Assembly (NCBI GenBank): GCA_963709405.1
Contig: CAVPXM010000063.1
Coordinates: 196,128 to 260,127 of the forward strand
DNA from: an uncultured Nitrososphaerales archaeon
GTDB lineage: Archaea > Thermoproteota > Nitrososphaeria > Nitrososphaerales > Nitrososphaeraceae
Direction: 5' to 3'
DNA length: 64,000 bases
The position numbers and the translations under genes are program-made. Numbering within the stretch: the stretch's first letter is position 1; the number at the start of each line of letters is the position of its first letter. Under the pieces are notes generated by a model that did no database searches, was not told where the DNA came from, and worked only from the letters and a program-made list of their open reading frames with translations. Of the stretch, positions 11,074 to 22,636 are shown in pieces.

Positions 11074-13844
11074 TTATTTGAAAATTATTGTTTGAGTTAA
11101 GGCGCTATTGTCTCCAAAGTTTATCTGAGATCTACCATTATTCCACAGCAAGAGGTCTGTAATCTGCGAAACTGTATCATGTCTCTTAGTAAAAGGGTTC
11201 GTTCCACTTATTACCTGTCCAAGATCAGTATGATATAATGCATCTCTTGTGTTCACATTATCCAGGGTTTTTTTCAGATCTAATATCACAGCATGTTGAA
11301 TACCGCCATTCGTTATGGTAGCGGCTATAATTTTCAAATTCCTACTTGGCGAATTGAGCGAAACATGGCCGCCCACGATGTGAAATGGTGTCGTATCTGT
11401 AAGTGGTAACAATGCGTTACTCTGGAATTTGTTACCGAGCTTTATTGTCTCCAAGTCTACATACGTAGAGGGCGATAATGCTATTATCTTCTTAGTGACC
11501 GTGTTTGGTTCATTTGTGACAATAACATTTTGAATATACTTTACTCTGTAAATACATGTTGCACTCGCTGAAGCTGCTCCTGCGGCTGCGGCTCCCTTGG
11601 GAGTGGCTCCAGCTCGCTGAAGCGGCAGAGGAAGCTGCTGCACCGATGTTACCGCAAGAAGCACTACTCGAAGCGGCTGCTGATGCTCCTGTCGAAGCGG
11701 CTGCTGATGCGCCTGCAGACGCTCCCGCGGATGAGGCGGCTGCTGCAGCAGCAGTTCCGGCAGCAACAGAAGACGCCGCCGAGGCAGAAGCTCCCGCGGA
11801 TGAGGCAGGCTGAGGCTGCTGCTGAGGCTACATCAGTGACTGAGCCCCCGCTGGCTGCCGCCGCTGCGGCAGCTGCAGCGGGCTGCACTACTAGCCGAAC
11901 CAGATCCAGCGGATGAGGCTGCCGCTGCAGCTGAAGCTGCTGTAACTCCCGCAGTTTCGGCAGGCAAACCAGATGAAGCTGCTGCCGGCTGCTCGCGGCT
12001 GCGCTGGATGCAGAGCCTCCACTAGCTCCAGAAGACGCTGCTGCCTGCTGCCACCGACCCCGCCGCTGATGCCGCACTGGCTGAAGCTCCGGCACTAGTG
12101 GCGGCTGCTGCGGCTGCTGCTGCTGCGGCTGCTCCTGTCGATGCCCCACTCGATGATGCTGCAGATGCCGCGGCTGCTGCAACATCACCAGTAGATGAAC
12201 CACTTGCTGCCTGCTGATCCCGCAGCGGAAGCTGCTGCTGGAAGCTCGCTGCGGAAGAAGCCCCCGCCGAAGATGCGGCTGCTGATGCTCGCTGCGGCTG
12301 CTGCGCCGGCTGAAGCTGCTGCTACCTGCTGCAGCTGCTGCAGCCGGGGTTGCACCTTTTGAGGACGCTGCTGCCGGCTGCCTGCAGCTGCTACCTCTTT
12401 TGCTGACGCACCGCTGGAGATCGCTGTTGCTGCGGCTGCCTCCGGCCTGCTGATGCAGCTTCCTTGGACGCACCAGACGCGGTAGCGAGCTGTTGCTGCG
12501 GCTATTCCAGCCGCGGTCTTAGCAGGAGTTCCTGCCGATATGAGTGACGAAGCTACGGAAGTTCCAACCTGCGCCGGTGTTGCTCCATTTGCTGCGGCAT
12601 TAGCGGCTTCGGATGCTGCAACCGATGCAATATCCGCCTTGATCTGCCCAGAGGGTAAAGCACCTTGAATTAATGACTGTAATACACTTTGCTTAGTTAC
12701 TGAACTATTATTCGTTGAGGGTTGTTGTCCTCCTTGCTCGATTGGTGCAGATAATGATGTTGCGTTATTTCCTGTCGGGGACTGCTGCGGTGAAGTAGCG
12801 TTATTTTCAGATGAGGATGGTTGCTGTGGGACGAAGGTTGGGGATGGCCCAGAAGTGTTGTTTTCAGATGAGGATGGTTGCTGTGGGACGAAGGTTGGGG
12901 ATGGCCCAGAAGTGTTGTTTTCAGATGAGGATGGTTGCTGTGGGACGAAGGTTGGGGATGGCCCAGAAGTGTTGTTTTCAGATGAGGATGGTTGCTGTGG
13001 GACGAAGGTTGGGGATGGCCCAGAAGTGTTGTTTTCAGATGAGGATGGTTGCTGTGGGACGAAGGTTGGGGATGGCCCAGAAGTGTTGTTTTCAGATGAG
13101 GATGGTTGCTGTGGGACGAAGGTTGGGGATGGCCCAGAAGTGTTGTTTTCAGATGAGGATGGTTGCTGTGGGACGAAGGTTGGGGATGGCCCAGAAGTGT
13201 TGTTTTCAGATGAGGATGGTTGCTGTGGGACGAAGGTTGGGGATGGCCCAGAAGTGTTGTTTTCAGATGAGGATGGTTGTCCAGTATTTTCAGATGAGGA
13301 TGGTTGCTGTGGGACGAAGGTTGGGGATGGCCCAGAAGTGTTGTTTTCAGATGAGGATGGTTGTCCACTATTTTCAGATGAGGATGGTTGCTGTGGGACG
13401 AAGGTTGGGGATGGCCCAGAAGTGTTGTTTTCAGATGAGGATGGTTGTCCAGCTATTTTCAGATGAGGATGGTTGCTGTGGGACGAAGGTTGGGGATGGC
13501 CCAGATGCCACATTTTCAGATGGGGATTGTTGCTCCGGTGCAGTACTATTAGCTTCTGTCGAAGGATTCTGCAATGAAGATTGTTCCCCACCTAAGTTAG
13601 AAGTAGAGGACTGTTGCGGGTTGCTTTCACCAGGATTAGGTTGTTGAGAAGAGACATTATTCTCATTAGTAACGTTGTTAGATGATGCTCCTAATGTGCC
13701 CGAATTTTCGGAAGACTTTTTTTTACTTTTGGCAATTGCTAACTCATAATGATTTAAGGGAAGGATACCTGAAATAACAACAATTGAAATTATCATAACT
13801 GCAAACAGCTGCTTGTTCTCAGACTTCAGTAGGCTGTGTAACAC
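11074..13844 (-). CDS. Large secreted low-complexity protein: signal peptide, 19-aa S/P/Q repeats, Ala-rich region, globular C-terminal domain; frameshifted several times in this sequence
   Basis: ORFs 13431-13844, 12185-13591, 11664-12473 and 11074-11766 chain into one gene when indels are allowed. Confidence 0.7.
12804..13512 (-). repeat. 57-bp coding tandem repeat (SSSENNTSGPSPTFVPQQP): 11 copies plus three short 27/28-bp units
   Basis: Eight identical units start at 12804 with 57-bp spacing, to 13259; further units at 13287, 13371 and 13456; short units at 13260, 13344 and 13428. Confidence 0.95.
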
Positions 13845-14405
13845 ACTCCAAAATGGTCAAGGTGGTATAAATACGATTCGACCATGAATTTGAAGTGTTT
13901 ACACAATTATTTTGAATCGGGATGAGGTTCTAGTCATTTAAAGTCTGGTCATGCTATATAAACAGAATTTACTGCTGCTGACAGTTATACCAAAACTACC
14001 TGAATTCAACAAAAATTCAAGTGATGATGTCTTTCTAGTGCAGGTCATAAGACTTACTAATCTACTCGTCCAAAAAATAGTCAGACTATTCTAAGTACAT
14101 CAAATTCCTATTAGCTGTTCAAATCTAGTAGACTGTTGTCTAGGCCACTTATTGCGACATGACGTTCAATATCAGCCTTAATTAAGTTATACCGCATCTT
14201 ACCATATTTGTGCTTGAACTGCCAGACCATATTTGGTTGGAATGAAAATAGAGCAAGATCCACTCCTAACCAATGACCAATTTTGAATAGGAATCCAGTC
14301 GGCCAATTAATCTACCGCATCTGAAGATCCATCCATCAACACGAAGATTAATTTGTATAGTCAGGTAAAATAGCCATTTTTACAAAAATTATGCCTATGA
14401 TTTGC

Positions 14406-14723
14406 CTAACCCATCATGACGTAGATCCAATCGTCCTCTACCTTTGTCTGATATGCCTTTAAAGGCTCCTCGGCTGGTAAATTCAATGGAACGCCATCTC
14501 TTAATCTAAAGATAGACATGTGCAATGGACAGGTAATTGTCCTTTCATTTTCATTCAAGAATCCCATTGATAAATCTGCATATGCATGGGTGCATATCCT
14601 ATCTGTTACAAAAATTTCATTATCCACCTTGGTTAGCATAATTTTAGTGTCATTATGATCATATTCGTAAGGTTCGGAGTTCTTTAGTTCCTTAACTTTA
14701 CAAATCTTTATCCATTCTGCCAT
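14406..14723 (-). CDS. Rieske [2Fe-2S] ferredoxin
   Basis: CTH...CPLH motifs; downstream of sufD. Confidence 0.92.
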   Translation of the reverse strand: MAEWIKICKVKELKNSEPYEYDHNDTKIMLTKVDNEIFVTDRICTHAYADLSMGFLNENERTITCPLHMSIFRLRDGVPLNLPAEEPLKAYQTKVEDDWIYVMMG

Positions 14724-14738
14724 GAATTTCTACACGCC

Positions 14739-16157
14739 CTATCGATACTTGTAATGTTTCTCAAATATATCTTGAGTTTCATGATATCTAGATTTTTCTA
14801 CTTCTAATATTTGAGCCATGACTTCATCAGTCCTGAGCATCAGGGACTTGCCTGTCCACTTATTTTCAATCAGATAGTTAATCCATGCCCTGATTCCTGA
14901 TCCCATCTTTCTAGACAACGGCTCCAGAAATCCATTTACAATTTCTCGCTTCGCTGATTCCAAGTTCAGCCCTCTTGACATAAGATAAAAAATCTGAGAT
15001 TCATCTAACTGTGCAACAGAAGCAGAATGAGTAGCTTTAACTTCATTTGTTTCTATCTCTAGTCCGGGGATGGCATCGGATTTAGCACCTTTATCCAGTA
15101 AGATTGCGTGACCCGCAAGATACGACTCTGAACCTTTTGCTCCTTTGCCAATTTTTATCATACCTTTAAACAACGATTTTGAAAAATCCTTCATTACTGA
15201 TTTAACCAGAACTCTGCCCCTGGAATTATTTCCTTCGTGTATGAGGTTAGAGGTAACATCAAATGATTGGTCTCCTATTCCAAATATGATTTCCACATCC
15301 TCAGCCACCGACCCTGGTCCTTTCATTATGCTATCAATTTTATATCTAGATAGCTGGCTACCAAACATCCCAGAGTACCACGAGATTCTTCCATCTCTCT
15401 CAACAAATGCCTTCCTATTTGAGAAGTTCACAGACCGGCTGTCCATGGCTTGCAAGGTTACCATTTCGAGAGATGCATTTTGGCCGATATTGCATTCCAA
15501 TAGCTCAAAATACGCCTGCTGCTTCTCTATCCCGCTTGTTAGGGTCGGTGAATACATCTCCTGAACTATAGTAGCCCTCGAACAGGAATCCACCAATACA
15601 ATATTTCTACTAACTGACGAAGTGCCGTTGTCGCTCAGAGAGTTGATGAGCCTAATAGGATGACTTACTGACAGATTTTTTGGAATATATACAAATAGGC
15701 CACCTCTAAAAATTGAAGCCTCGAGTGCAAGAAATTTGTCCTCAATAAAATCGAGTCTATTTGTCGTCAGTACTTGCTTAATTTTGTCTTCAAACATTTT
15801 TAGTCCATTATTCAGATCAGTAACAATGATGCCATCCTTCAAATGAGTATTTGAAAGTAAGATTTCGTTTATGTTTGACCCAATCCTTAGAACGCTACTT
15901 CCCTCTTCCACCTCTTTCAGGCGATCACTCAGTTCTTTAAAGGGCTTGTGTGTTTCATTCTTATCTGGTAGGTAGATATTTTGAGGCCTTAAGCGATTGA
16001 CGTCAGAGTATTTGGAATAAAGTGGAGAAACCTCGGCTGGAAGTGACGAGTAGTCGGCAAAAGCATCCCTTCTCATTTGAAGAAGCCAATGAGGTTCGCT
16101 ATTTTCCCTTGCTATCGCTTCAACATCATCTAGACTAACGGAAGAAAGAGTTGCCAA
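14739..16157 (-). CDS. sufD: Fe-S cluster assembly protein SufD
   Basis: SufBD beta-helix; PGLEIETNEVKATHSASV; FYLMSRG. Confidence 0.9.
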   Translation of the reverse strand: MATLSSVSLDDVEAIARENSEPHWLLQMRRDAFADYSSLPAEVSPLYSKYSDVNRLRPQNIYLPDKNETHKPFKELSDRLKEVEEGSSVLRIGSNINEILLSNTHLKDGIIVTDLNNGLKMFEDKIKQVLTTNRLDFIEDKFLALEASIFRGGLFVYIPKNLSVSHPIRLINSLSDNGTSSVSRNIVLVDSCSRATIVQEMYSPTLTSGIEKQQAYFELLECNIGQNASLEMVTLQAMDSRSVNFSNRKAFVERDGRISWYSGMFGSQLSRYKIDSIMKGPGSVAEDVEIIFGIGDQSFDVTSNLIHEGNNSRGRVLVKSVMKDFSKSLFKGMIKIGKGAKGSESYLAGHAILLDKGAKSDAIPGLEIETNEVKATHSASVAQLDESQIFYLMSRGLNLESAKREIVNGFLEPLSRKMGSGIRAWINYLIENKWTGKSLMLRTDEVMAQILEVEKSRYHETQDIFEKHYKYR

Positions 16158-16207
16158 ACCTAACTATCGATCCAATCACATGTTACTGCAAATGAACAAT
16201 CTTATCA

Positions 16208-17608
16208 CTATCCTACTGAGCCTTCCATCTCCATCTTCACCATTCTGTTGAGCTCGACTGCATATTCCATTGGCAGCTCTTTGGTAAAAGGTTCCATAAA
16301 TCCACCAACTATTAGCGACAAAGCGTCTGATTCCGTAAATCCCCTACTCATTAGATAAAAGATTTGATCATCGCCTATTTTTCCGACAGTCGCTTCGTGC
16401 GATACTGTTGCATCGTCTTCGTTAACCTCTACATATGGATATGTATCTGTTCTTGAGTTACCATCCAGTAATAAGGCGTCACACCTTACATTCGACTTTA
16501 CTTCAGTAGCACCTTTTGCCACATGCAACAAACCACGGTATGTGGTCCTACCGGAATCCTTGCTCACAGATTTGCTTGTGATTCTAGAGGTGGTATGTGG
16601 AGCAAGATGCACTGCTTTTGCACCCGCATCTTGATGTTGGCCAGCCCCCGCGAAGGCTACGGATATGACTTCAGCATGGGAATTCTTACCTAGCATATAC
16701 ACACCTGGATACTTCATGGTGAGCTTACTGCCAAGGTTCCCATCTACCCATTCGACAGTAGCATTCTCATATGCGTATGCCCTTTTCGTTACTAAATTGT
16801 AGACATCCTTACTCCAGTTCTGGATCGTGGTATACCTTATCTTGGCCCCTCGCTTTGCGATAAGCTCTACAACTGCAGAGTGTAGCGATTCTGTAGTATA
16901 CACAGGTGCAGTACATCCCTCGATATAATGGATTTCTGAATTTTCATCAGCAATTATCAAAGTTCTTTCGAACTGTCCTATGTTTTCTGCGTTGATCCTA
17001 AAGTATGCTTGCAGTGGTAATTCGACTTTTACGTTCGGTGGGATGTATATGAAAGAGCCGCCTGACCATACGGCACTATTTAGAGCGGCGAATTTATTAT
17101 CTTCAGGTGGAATAACCTTTCCAAAGTACTTCTTCAAAAGTTCTGGCTGTTCTCTCACGGCAGTATCCGTATCAATAAATATTACCCCTTGTTTTTGTAA
17201 GTCTTCACGTAAATTGTGATACACCACTTCAGACTCGTATTGAGCTCCTACGCCAGCAAGAAACTTTCTTTCTGCTTCAGGTATTCCAAGCTTTTCAAAG
17301 GTATTCCTTACCGATTCTGGTACATCATTCCAATCCTTTCCTTGTTTTTCAGACGCTTTCGCATAGTAATAGATATTTTGGAAGTCAATCTTCGACAGGT
17401 CACCACCCCACTTCGGCATTGGCTTACTCATAAAAATATCATAAGATCTTAGCCTAAATTCCCTCATCCAATCTGGTTCTCCCTTCAATTTACTGATTTC
17501 TTCTACTGTGCCCCGTGAAAGCCCCTTTTTACTGAGATAAACATATAACTCCGTAGAGTCCTTGAAATCGTACTTACTGTAATCCATATTGAGTTCTTCT
17601 GTTGTCAT
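16208..17608 (-). CDS. sufB: Fe-S cluster assembly protein SufB
   Basis: [49 protein letters not shown]. Confidence 0.97.
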   Translation of the reverse strand: MTTEELNMDYSKYDFKDSTELYVYLSKKGLSRGTVEEISKLKGEPDWMREFRLRSYDIFMSKPMPKWGGDLSKIDFQNIYYYAKASEKQGKDWNDVPESVRNTFEKLGIPEAERKFLAGVGAQYESEVVYHNLREDLQKQGVIFIDTDTAVREQPELLKKYFGKVIPPEDNKFAALNSAVWSGGSFIYIPPNVKVELPLQAYFRINAENIGQFERTLIIADENSEIHYIEGCTAPVYTTESLHSAVVELIAKRGAKIRYTTIQNWSKDVYNLVTKRAYAYENATVEWVDGNLGSKLTMKYPGVYMLGKNSHAEVISVAFAGAGQHQDAGAKAVHLAPHTTSRITSKSVSKDSGRTTYRGLLHVAKGATEVKSNVRCDALLLDGNSRTDTYPYVEVNEDDATVSHEATVGKIGDDQIFYLMSRGFTESDALSLIVGGFMEPFTKELPMEYAVELNRMVKMEMEGSVG

Positions 17609-17753
17609 ACTAATTATATAACGCCGTTATGTTTTATATATATTTTGGGGCGCCACAATCACCTATCTATGTACCAAACATATTTCATATTCAAATCCAA
17701 TTAAATAATCCTCGTTCCAACCCCAAGTGTAACTAATCTCATAATCGACTTTT

Positions 17754-18596
17754 CTATGTTCTACTGCCTAGGATAGATTTTGCTAGCTCGAACGTACCGC
17801 GTATCGTGTGTTCCGAGGGCTCTATGCAAGAAATATTCCTTTCCATGAGTTCCCTCGTTGTTAGCGGTCCAATAGATATCATGGCTGTAATGGGTTCTAA
17901 GAATTGGTCGTAATCATCATAAAAATTATGCAAAATTTCAAAAAATGAGATAACTGATGAGCCACTAGTAAAAATAATTGCATCTATTTTCTTCTCCTTC
18001 AAAAGAATTGCGAATTCGTTCCATATTTCACTTGGCCCGGTCGTTTTCGTCGTGTATAGAAATAGTTCCTCTACGTTCAGGCCGAGATTTGACAAGGATC
18101 TCGTAACAAAGTCATTTGACATCCCACTTCGAGGAATTATCACTTTCATTCCAGGTGTGTAATCTAGCTTCCGGAAAAGGGCAACTATCCCTTCAGAGGA
18201 ATAATTTGTAGGAATTAGCCGAACTGAAATCCCGTACTTCTCTAGCGAACTCTTCGTCACTGGTCCCTGTGCGACGACATTTTTGGCGTTTAAAACTGAT
18301 ACCATCTTTTCGATCTTGCCATATTTTATAGCATACTCACAAAGTACTCCCACAGCTTGCGCGCTCATAAACATGCACAAATCATATTCACTGGCAAGGA
18401 TAATCCTAAGTGCTTGTTCAATAATCTGCAAACTTGGAACGATCTCAATTGTTGGTAACGCTATTGCCTTTCCACCTGCAGATGTCACTAAAGCTACAAA
18501 TTCTTTGGCATCAACAGTTTTTCGTGTAATTGCAAGAGTTTTGTTTTCCAGCAGATCTCGTTCTATCAAAGTAGTATCATCTAGTGAACCATTCAA
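17754..18596 (-). CDS. hemD: Uroporphyrinogen-III synthase
   Basis: AITR, ALPTIEI, FTSGS, SIGPLT; hem cluster context; start uncertain. Confidence 0.85.
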   Translation of the reverse strand: MNGSLDDTTLIERDLLENKTLAITRKTVDAKEFVALVTSAGGKAIALPTIEIVPSLQIIEQALRIILASEYDLCMFMSAQAVGVLCEYAIKYGKIEKMVSVLNAKNVVAQGPVTKSSLEKYGISVRLIPTNYSSEGIVALFRKLDYTPGMKVIIPRSGMSNDFVTRSLSNLGLNVEELFLYTTKTTGPSEIWNEFAILLKEKKIDAIIFTSGSSVISFFEILHNFYDDYDQFLEPITAMISIGPLTTRELMERNISCIEPSEHTIRGTFELAKSILGSRT

Positions 18597-19329
18597 GTTT
18601 ATTGCATAAGGAAGTGACTTCTCCTATAACAATGATGCCCGGAGGACGTATTTTCGCCTTTTTAACTTTTGATACGATATCTTTCAAGCTTCCGTACACG
18701 TATCTTTGTTTGCTTGTAGTTCCAGATTGGATCACGATAACACCTGTCATCTTACTTAATCCGCTATCAGTAAGTCTTGCAATGATTTGTGGCAAGCGTT
18801 CCATACCCATCAGAATAACAATTGTATCGACTGCTTTGGCCAACTGTTCCCAATTTGTTCCTGTCCGTTCTTTCTCTGGATCTTCATGTCCGGTAGTAAT
18901 CGCAACAGAGGATGAGTATTTTCTGTGTGTTAAAGGCACACCAGCATAGGCCGGAGAAGCCAGAGCTGAAGATATTCCCGGTACTATCTCGAATCTTATC
19001 TTTTTGCTTCGCAAGAATTCCGATTCTTCTCCGCCCCTTCCAAAAATGAACGGGTCGCCGCCTTTGAGTCTTAGCACCTTTTTTCCGTGCCTAGCGTACT
19101 CCATCATTACTTTGTTTATATAGTCCTGTTGCCCTGAAGACCCGACTGATTTGCCCACATTTACTTTTTCTGTACCTATTGGGATCTGGTTAATAATTTC
19201 TACACTAACTAATCTATCGTAAAGCACTACATCACAGCTTTTTAAAAGTTCCATACCTCGTACTGTGATTAATTTTGGATCTCCAGGGCCAGCGCCACAA
19301 ATGTACACAACACCTTGATCGCGTCGCAT
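18577..19329 (-). CDS. cobA: Uroporphyrinogen-III C-methyltransferase
   Basis: GAGPGDPKLIT, RLKGGDPFIFGRGGEE, VPGISS; start placed after the hemC stop. Confidence 0.93.
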   Translation of the reverse strand: MRRDQGVVYICGAGPGDPKLITVRGMELLKSCDVVLYDRLVSVEIINQIPIGTEKVNVGKSVGSSGQQDYINKVMMEYARHGKKVLRLKGGDPFIFGRGGEESEFLRSKKIRFEIVPGISSALASPAYAGVPLTHRKYSSSVAITTGHEDPEKERTGTNWEQLAKAVDTIVILMGMERLPQIIARLTDSGLSKMTGVIVIQSGTTSKQRYVYGSLKDIVSKVKKAKIRPPGIIVIGEVTSLCNKLEWFTR

Positions 19330-19331
19330 AT

Positions 19332-20283
19332 TCATAATCTCATATTCCATTGTTTGATCGCCTTCCGCCACTCGGTTGCCAGTCTCTCAACCCCTACACT
19401 ATTGAGTCTATTTGCCAATCTAGTTCCGATTTCACTTGCCTGACCGACGAGCCCAGTTTCCTTCATCTTGATATTCATCGAACCGTCTGAAGAAAAAACA
19501 CTTGCGTATAAACTTAATTCACCTGTTTTAGGCCCAGGAATGGCTATGGCTCCAACTGGAAATTTGCAACCGCCATGTATCTTTTTAATCAAGGATCGTT
19601 CTGCTGCTGCTTGATGTCGGGAATCATAATCCTCTATTTTCTTTAAAGTTCTTATCAAGCCCAGATCCTCGCTCCTGCATATAATCGCAATAGTTCCCTG
19701 CCCTGGTGCAGGAACAAAGGTCCTAATACTAAATCTCTCTGATATATTAGTCTGCAATGAAAGCCTATCCAAACCAGCTTCAGCAAGGATTATTGCGTCA
19801 TATTCGCCGCCTCTAGATTTACCAATTCTTGTCTCGACGTTTCCCCTTATCGGCCTCACATTCAAATCACGTCTCTTTCGCATGACCTGAATAGCCTCTT
19901 CTTAAACTGCTCGTGCCGACTACTGAGCCAGTAGGAAGATCTTTAAGATGCAGTTTATGTGTGCTAACCAGCACATCATTGGGCCTCGCCCGTTTAGGGA
20001 TAGATGCTATGATTAATTCCTTAGACAATTCGCTAGGTACGTCCTTCAAGCTATGTACAGCAAAATCAACTTCTCCTTGAATCACCGATTGATCCACTTC
20101 TTTTTCAAATATCCCCTTTTCATCCATGGTAAACAACGGCCGCTTTTCTAAATCCCCCCTGGTATTGATTTTCACAAGTTCGAACTCCATCGATGGATTT
20201 AATTTCAAGAGGGCGCCGACTACGAGCTGAGTTTGCTTAACTGCCAGCATGCTTGATCTTGTGCCGACTCTTAGTTTAGCCAC
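19332..20283 (-). CDS. hemC: Hydroxymethylbilane synthase, with a +1 frameshift near 19896
   Basis: GTRSSMLA, AVHSLKD and GTSSLRR in ORF 19867-20283; IRGNVETR, PAPGQG and GGCKFP in ORF 19332-19883. Confidence 0.9.
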
Positions 20284-21578
20284 AATGGTTTCTAACCTCC
20301 TTTAAGGCCTGTCCGTAAGCTTCTACCGTCTTGTCAATGTCTTCCTCTGTGTGTGCATAAGAAACAAAACAAGTTTCAAATTGAGATGGTGGGATGAAAA
20401 TATCCCTTTTCAACAACTGGTCATAAAGTCGTCTGAAGTTAATTTTATCACATTTCTTTGCACTGTTATAGTTATTCACTTGTTCGGTGGTGAAGAACAA
20501 TTGATACATCGATCCTATCGAATTAATTGCAAACTTGAATCCCAAGTCCATAGCCAGATCCCTTATGCCAACGACCAAGCTCTCACATGCCCTTGTTATT
20601 CGTGGGTAAACCTCGTTACCTATATCAATGAGCGTTTCGATGGTCTTTAGAGCGAGCCGCCACTGAGATAGGGTTTCCTCCATAAGTGCTTGCTTGATAA
20701 ACGTTACCTTTAGGAGATAGTAATTCCATTATGGCCTTCTTGCCGCATATCGCAGCTATGGGAAATCCGTTTCCCATGGCCTTTGCCAGAGTAACGATAT
20801 CAGGTTTGATTCCAAAAAATTCACTAGCTCCACCTAACGAAAGTCTGAATCCAGTAACGACTTCGTCAAATATTAAAATAATACCATTTTGCTGTGTAAT
20901 CCTCCTAATCTCATTTAGATATTGCTTTTCAGGTATTACGAGTCCCATATTGGCCGCTACTGGCTCTACTATAACCGCAGCGATATCCTCTCCGTTCCTT
21001 ATCAAATCCTCGAGTTTTGAGATATCATTATAGTCAGTTATCAACGTTTGAGAAGCTATCGCTTCAGGCGTTCCATCTGATGCTGGTATTCCTTCATATC
21101 CATTGTTAGATGGTCGCACTAGACCATAATCGTGAGCTCCATGGTAGCATCCGTCTAGTTTTATGATCTTCTTGCGTTTTGTATAGGCTCTAGCTAGTCT
21201 GATCGCAGTCATTGTCGCTTCCATCCCTGTATTTAAAATTCTTGTCATCTCAGCAACTGGAACAACCTTTGAAAGTATTTCCGCCAAATTCACCTCGTTT
21301 TCAGTGGGAATGCAAAATAATGTTCCTTTGTCCAGCTCCGCTTTGATATAGTCCATTAGAGGCGGATAGGCATGTCCTAACAATAATGCCCCGTAACCCA
21401 TACAGTAGTCAGTATATGTGTTGTAATCAACCGTTACTATCTTACTTCCAAATCCAGAACGAACGAAAAAGGGGTATGGAGAATAAAAACGAACAGGACT
21501 ACTTACACCAGATGGCATAACTTCAGCCGCCCTTCTAAAGAGTAATTCTGATTTGTCAGGCAAAGTAAATCTATTCAC
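20276..21578 (-). CDS. hemL: Glutamate-1-semialdehyde 2,1-aminomutase, with a +1 frameshift near 20654
   Basis: PSGVSSPVR, GCYHG, FDEVVTGFR, AKAMGNG, YQASTYGGNP; C-terminal PSQFE in the second ORF. Confidence 0.9.
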
Positions 21579-21628
21579 ATGCCCAAAGTAAATAATAGTA
21601 TTGTGATTTTATCCGTAAGAGTACTTCC

Positions 21629-22636
21629 CTATAAGTTGCTCAGCAATGCAGCCATTCTCTTTGCATGATACGTTATTATGATGTCTGAACCCGCTCGCTT
21701 GATCGAGGTAAGAAATTCCGTCATCACGTTATTTTCGTTGATCCAGCCCTCGGTCGCCGCAGCTTTTATTAGAGAATACTCTCCCGAAACACTATAAGCG
21801 CAAATGGGTAGGTTGGTGTACTTTCGTGCTTGATAAATCAGATCGAGGAATGGAATCGCAGGTTTAATCATTAGTATATCTGCACCTTCTTTAATATCCA
21901 ATTCTATTTCTCTGATGGCTTCTCTACTGTTATAAAATGGGAGTTGATACGATGATCTATCGCCGCTTCGCGGGGAAGATGAGGAAGCATCTCTAAATGG
22001 TGTATACAACGCAGAAGCATACTTAGCAGAGTAACCCATTATAGAAACATCAGAAAATCCATTTTCATCGAGAACTTTTCTGATTTGTCCTACCTGGCCA
22101 TCCATCATCGCCGACGGGGCTACAATGTCTGTTCCCGCTTTGGCGTGACTTAGAGCTACTTTTGCTAGGATCTCTATGCTCTTATCGTTATCTACGCTAT
22201 CTCTTACGACAACACCGCATTGGCCGTGAGTGGTATACTGACAAAGGCAGACATCAGTAATGATTGCAATCCTGTCTCCAAAATTCTTACGTATAAGATC
22301 AACAGAACGTTGAACTATCCCGGTGCTTGAATATGCCGTATTGCCATCGTCATGTTTGTATGACGGAATTCCAAACAAGATAATACCACGAATTCCCAGG
22401 TCTATCACTTGTTGAATCTCGTTAATCAGGTTTGAAATAGGGATTCTCTGAATGTCGGGCATTGAATCGATACATACAGGTGTATCGATACCGTCTTGTA
22501 CGAAAATAGGATAGATTAAGTCTCTAACGGACAGACGTGTTTCTTGTAATAATTCACGTATAGCAGCGCTTTTACGCAGTCTTCTCATTCTGACCACTGG
22601 AAAGGCAGGATCGCAATAGAAATTATTTCTGTTCAT
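21629..22636 (-). CDS. hemB: Porphobilinogen synthase
   Basis: RMRRLR, DVCLCQYTTHGQCG, APSAMMDG, MIKP, VSGEY. Confidence 0.96.
   Translation of the reverse strand: MNRNNFYCDPAFPVVRMRRLRKSAAIRELLQETRLSVRDLIYPIFVQDGIDTPVCIDSMPDIQRIPISNLINEIQQVIDLGIRGIILFGIPSYKHDDGNTAYSSTGIVQRSVDLIRKNFGDRIAIITDVCLCQYTTHGQCGVVVRDSVDNDKSIEILAKVALSHAKAGTDIVAPSAMMDGQVGQIRKVLDENGFSDVSIMGYSAKYASALYTPFRDASSSSPRSGDRSSYQLPFYNSREAIREIELDIKEGADILMIKPAIPFLDLIYQARKYTNLPICAYSVSGEYSLIKAAATEGWINENNVMTEFLTSIKRAGSDIIITYHAKRMAALLSNL

Noticed and set aside
12804-13512. 57-bp repeat as a CRISPR array
   Set aside because: Units are contiguous and identical, with no unique spacers, and are in-frame coding
11556-13647. Plus-strand and alternate-frame ORFs over the repeat gene (e.g. 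11556-11813, 12811-13647, 12855-13466, 12697-13368)
   Set aside because: Shadow frames of stop-poor repetitive DNA
19332-21578. hemC and hemL as true pseudogenes
   Set aside because: Each has a single +1 base with all motifs intact in an otherwise complete pathway; an artefact is more likely
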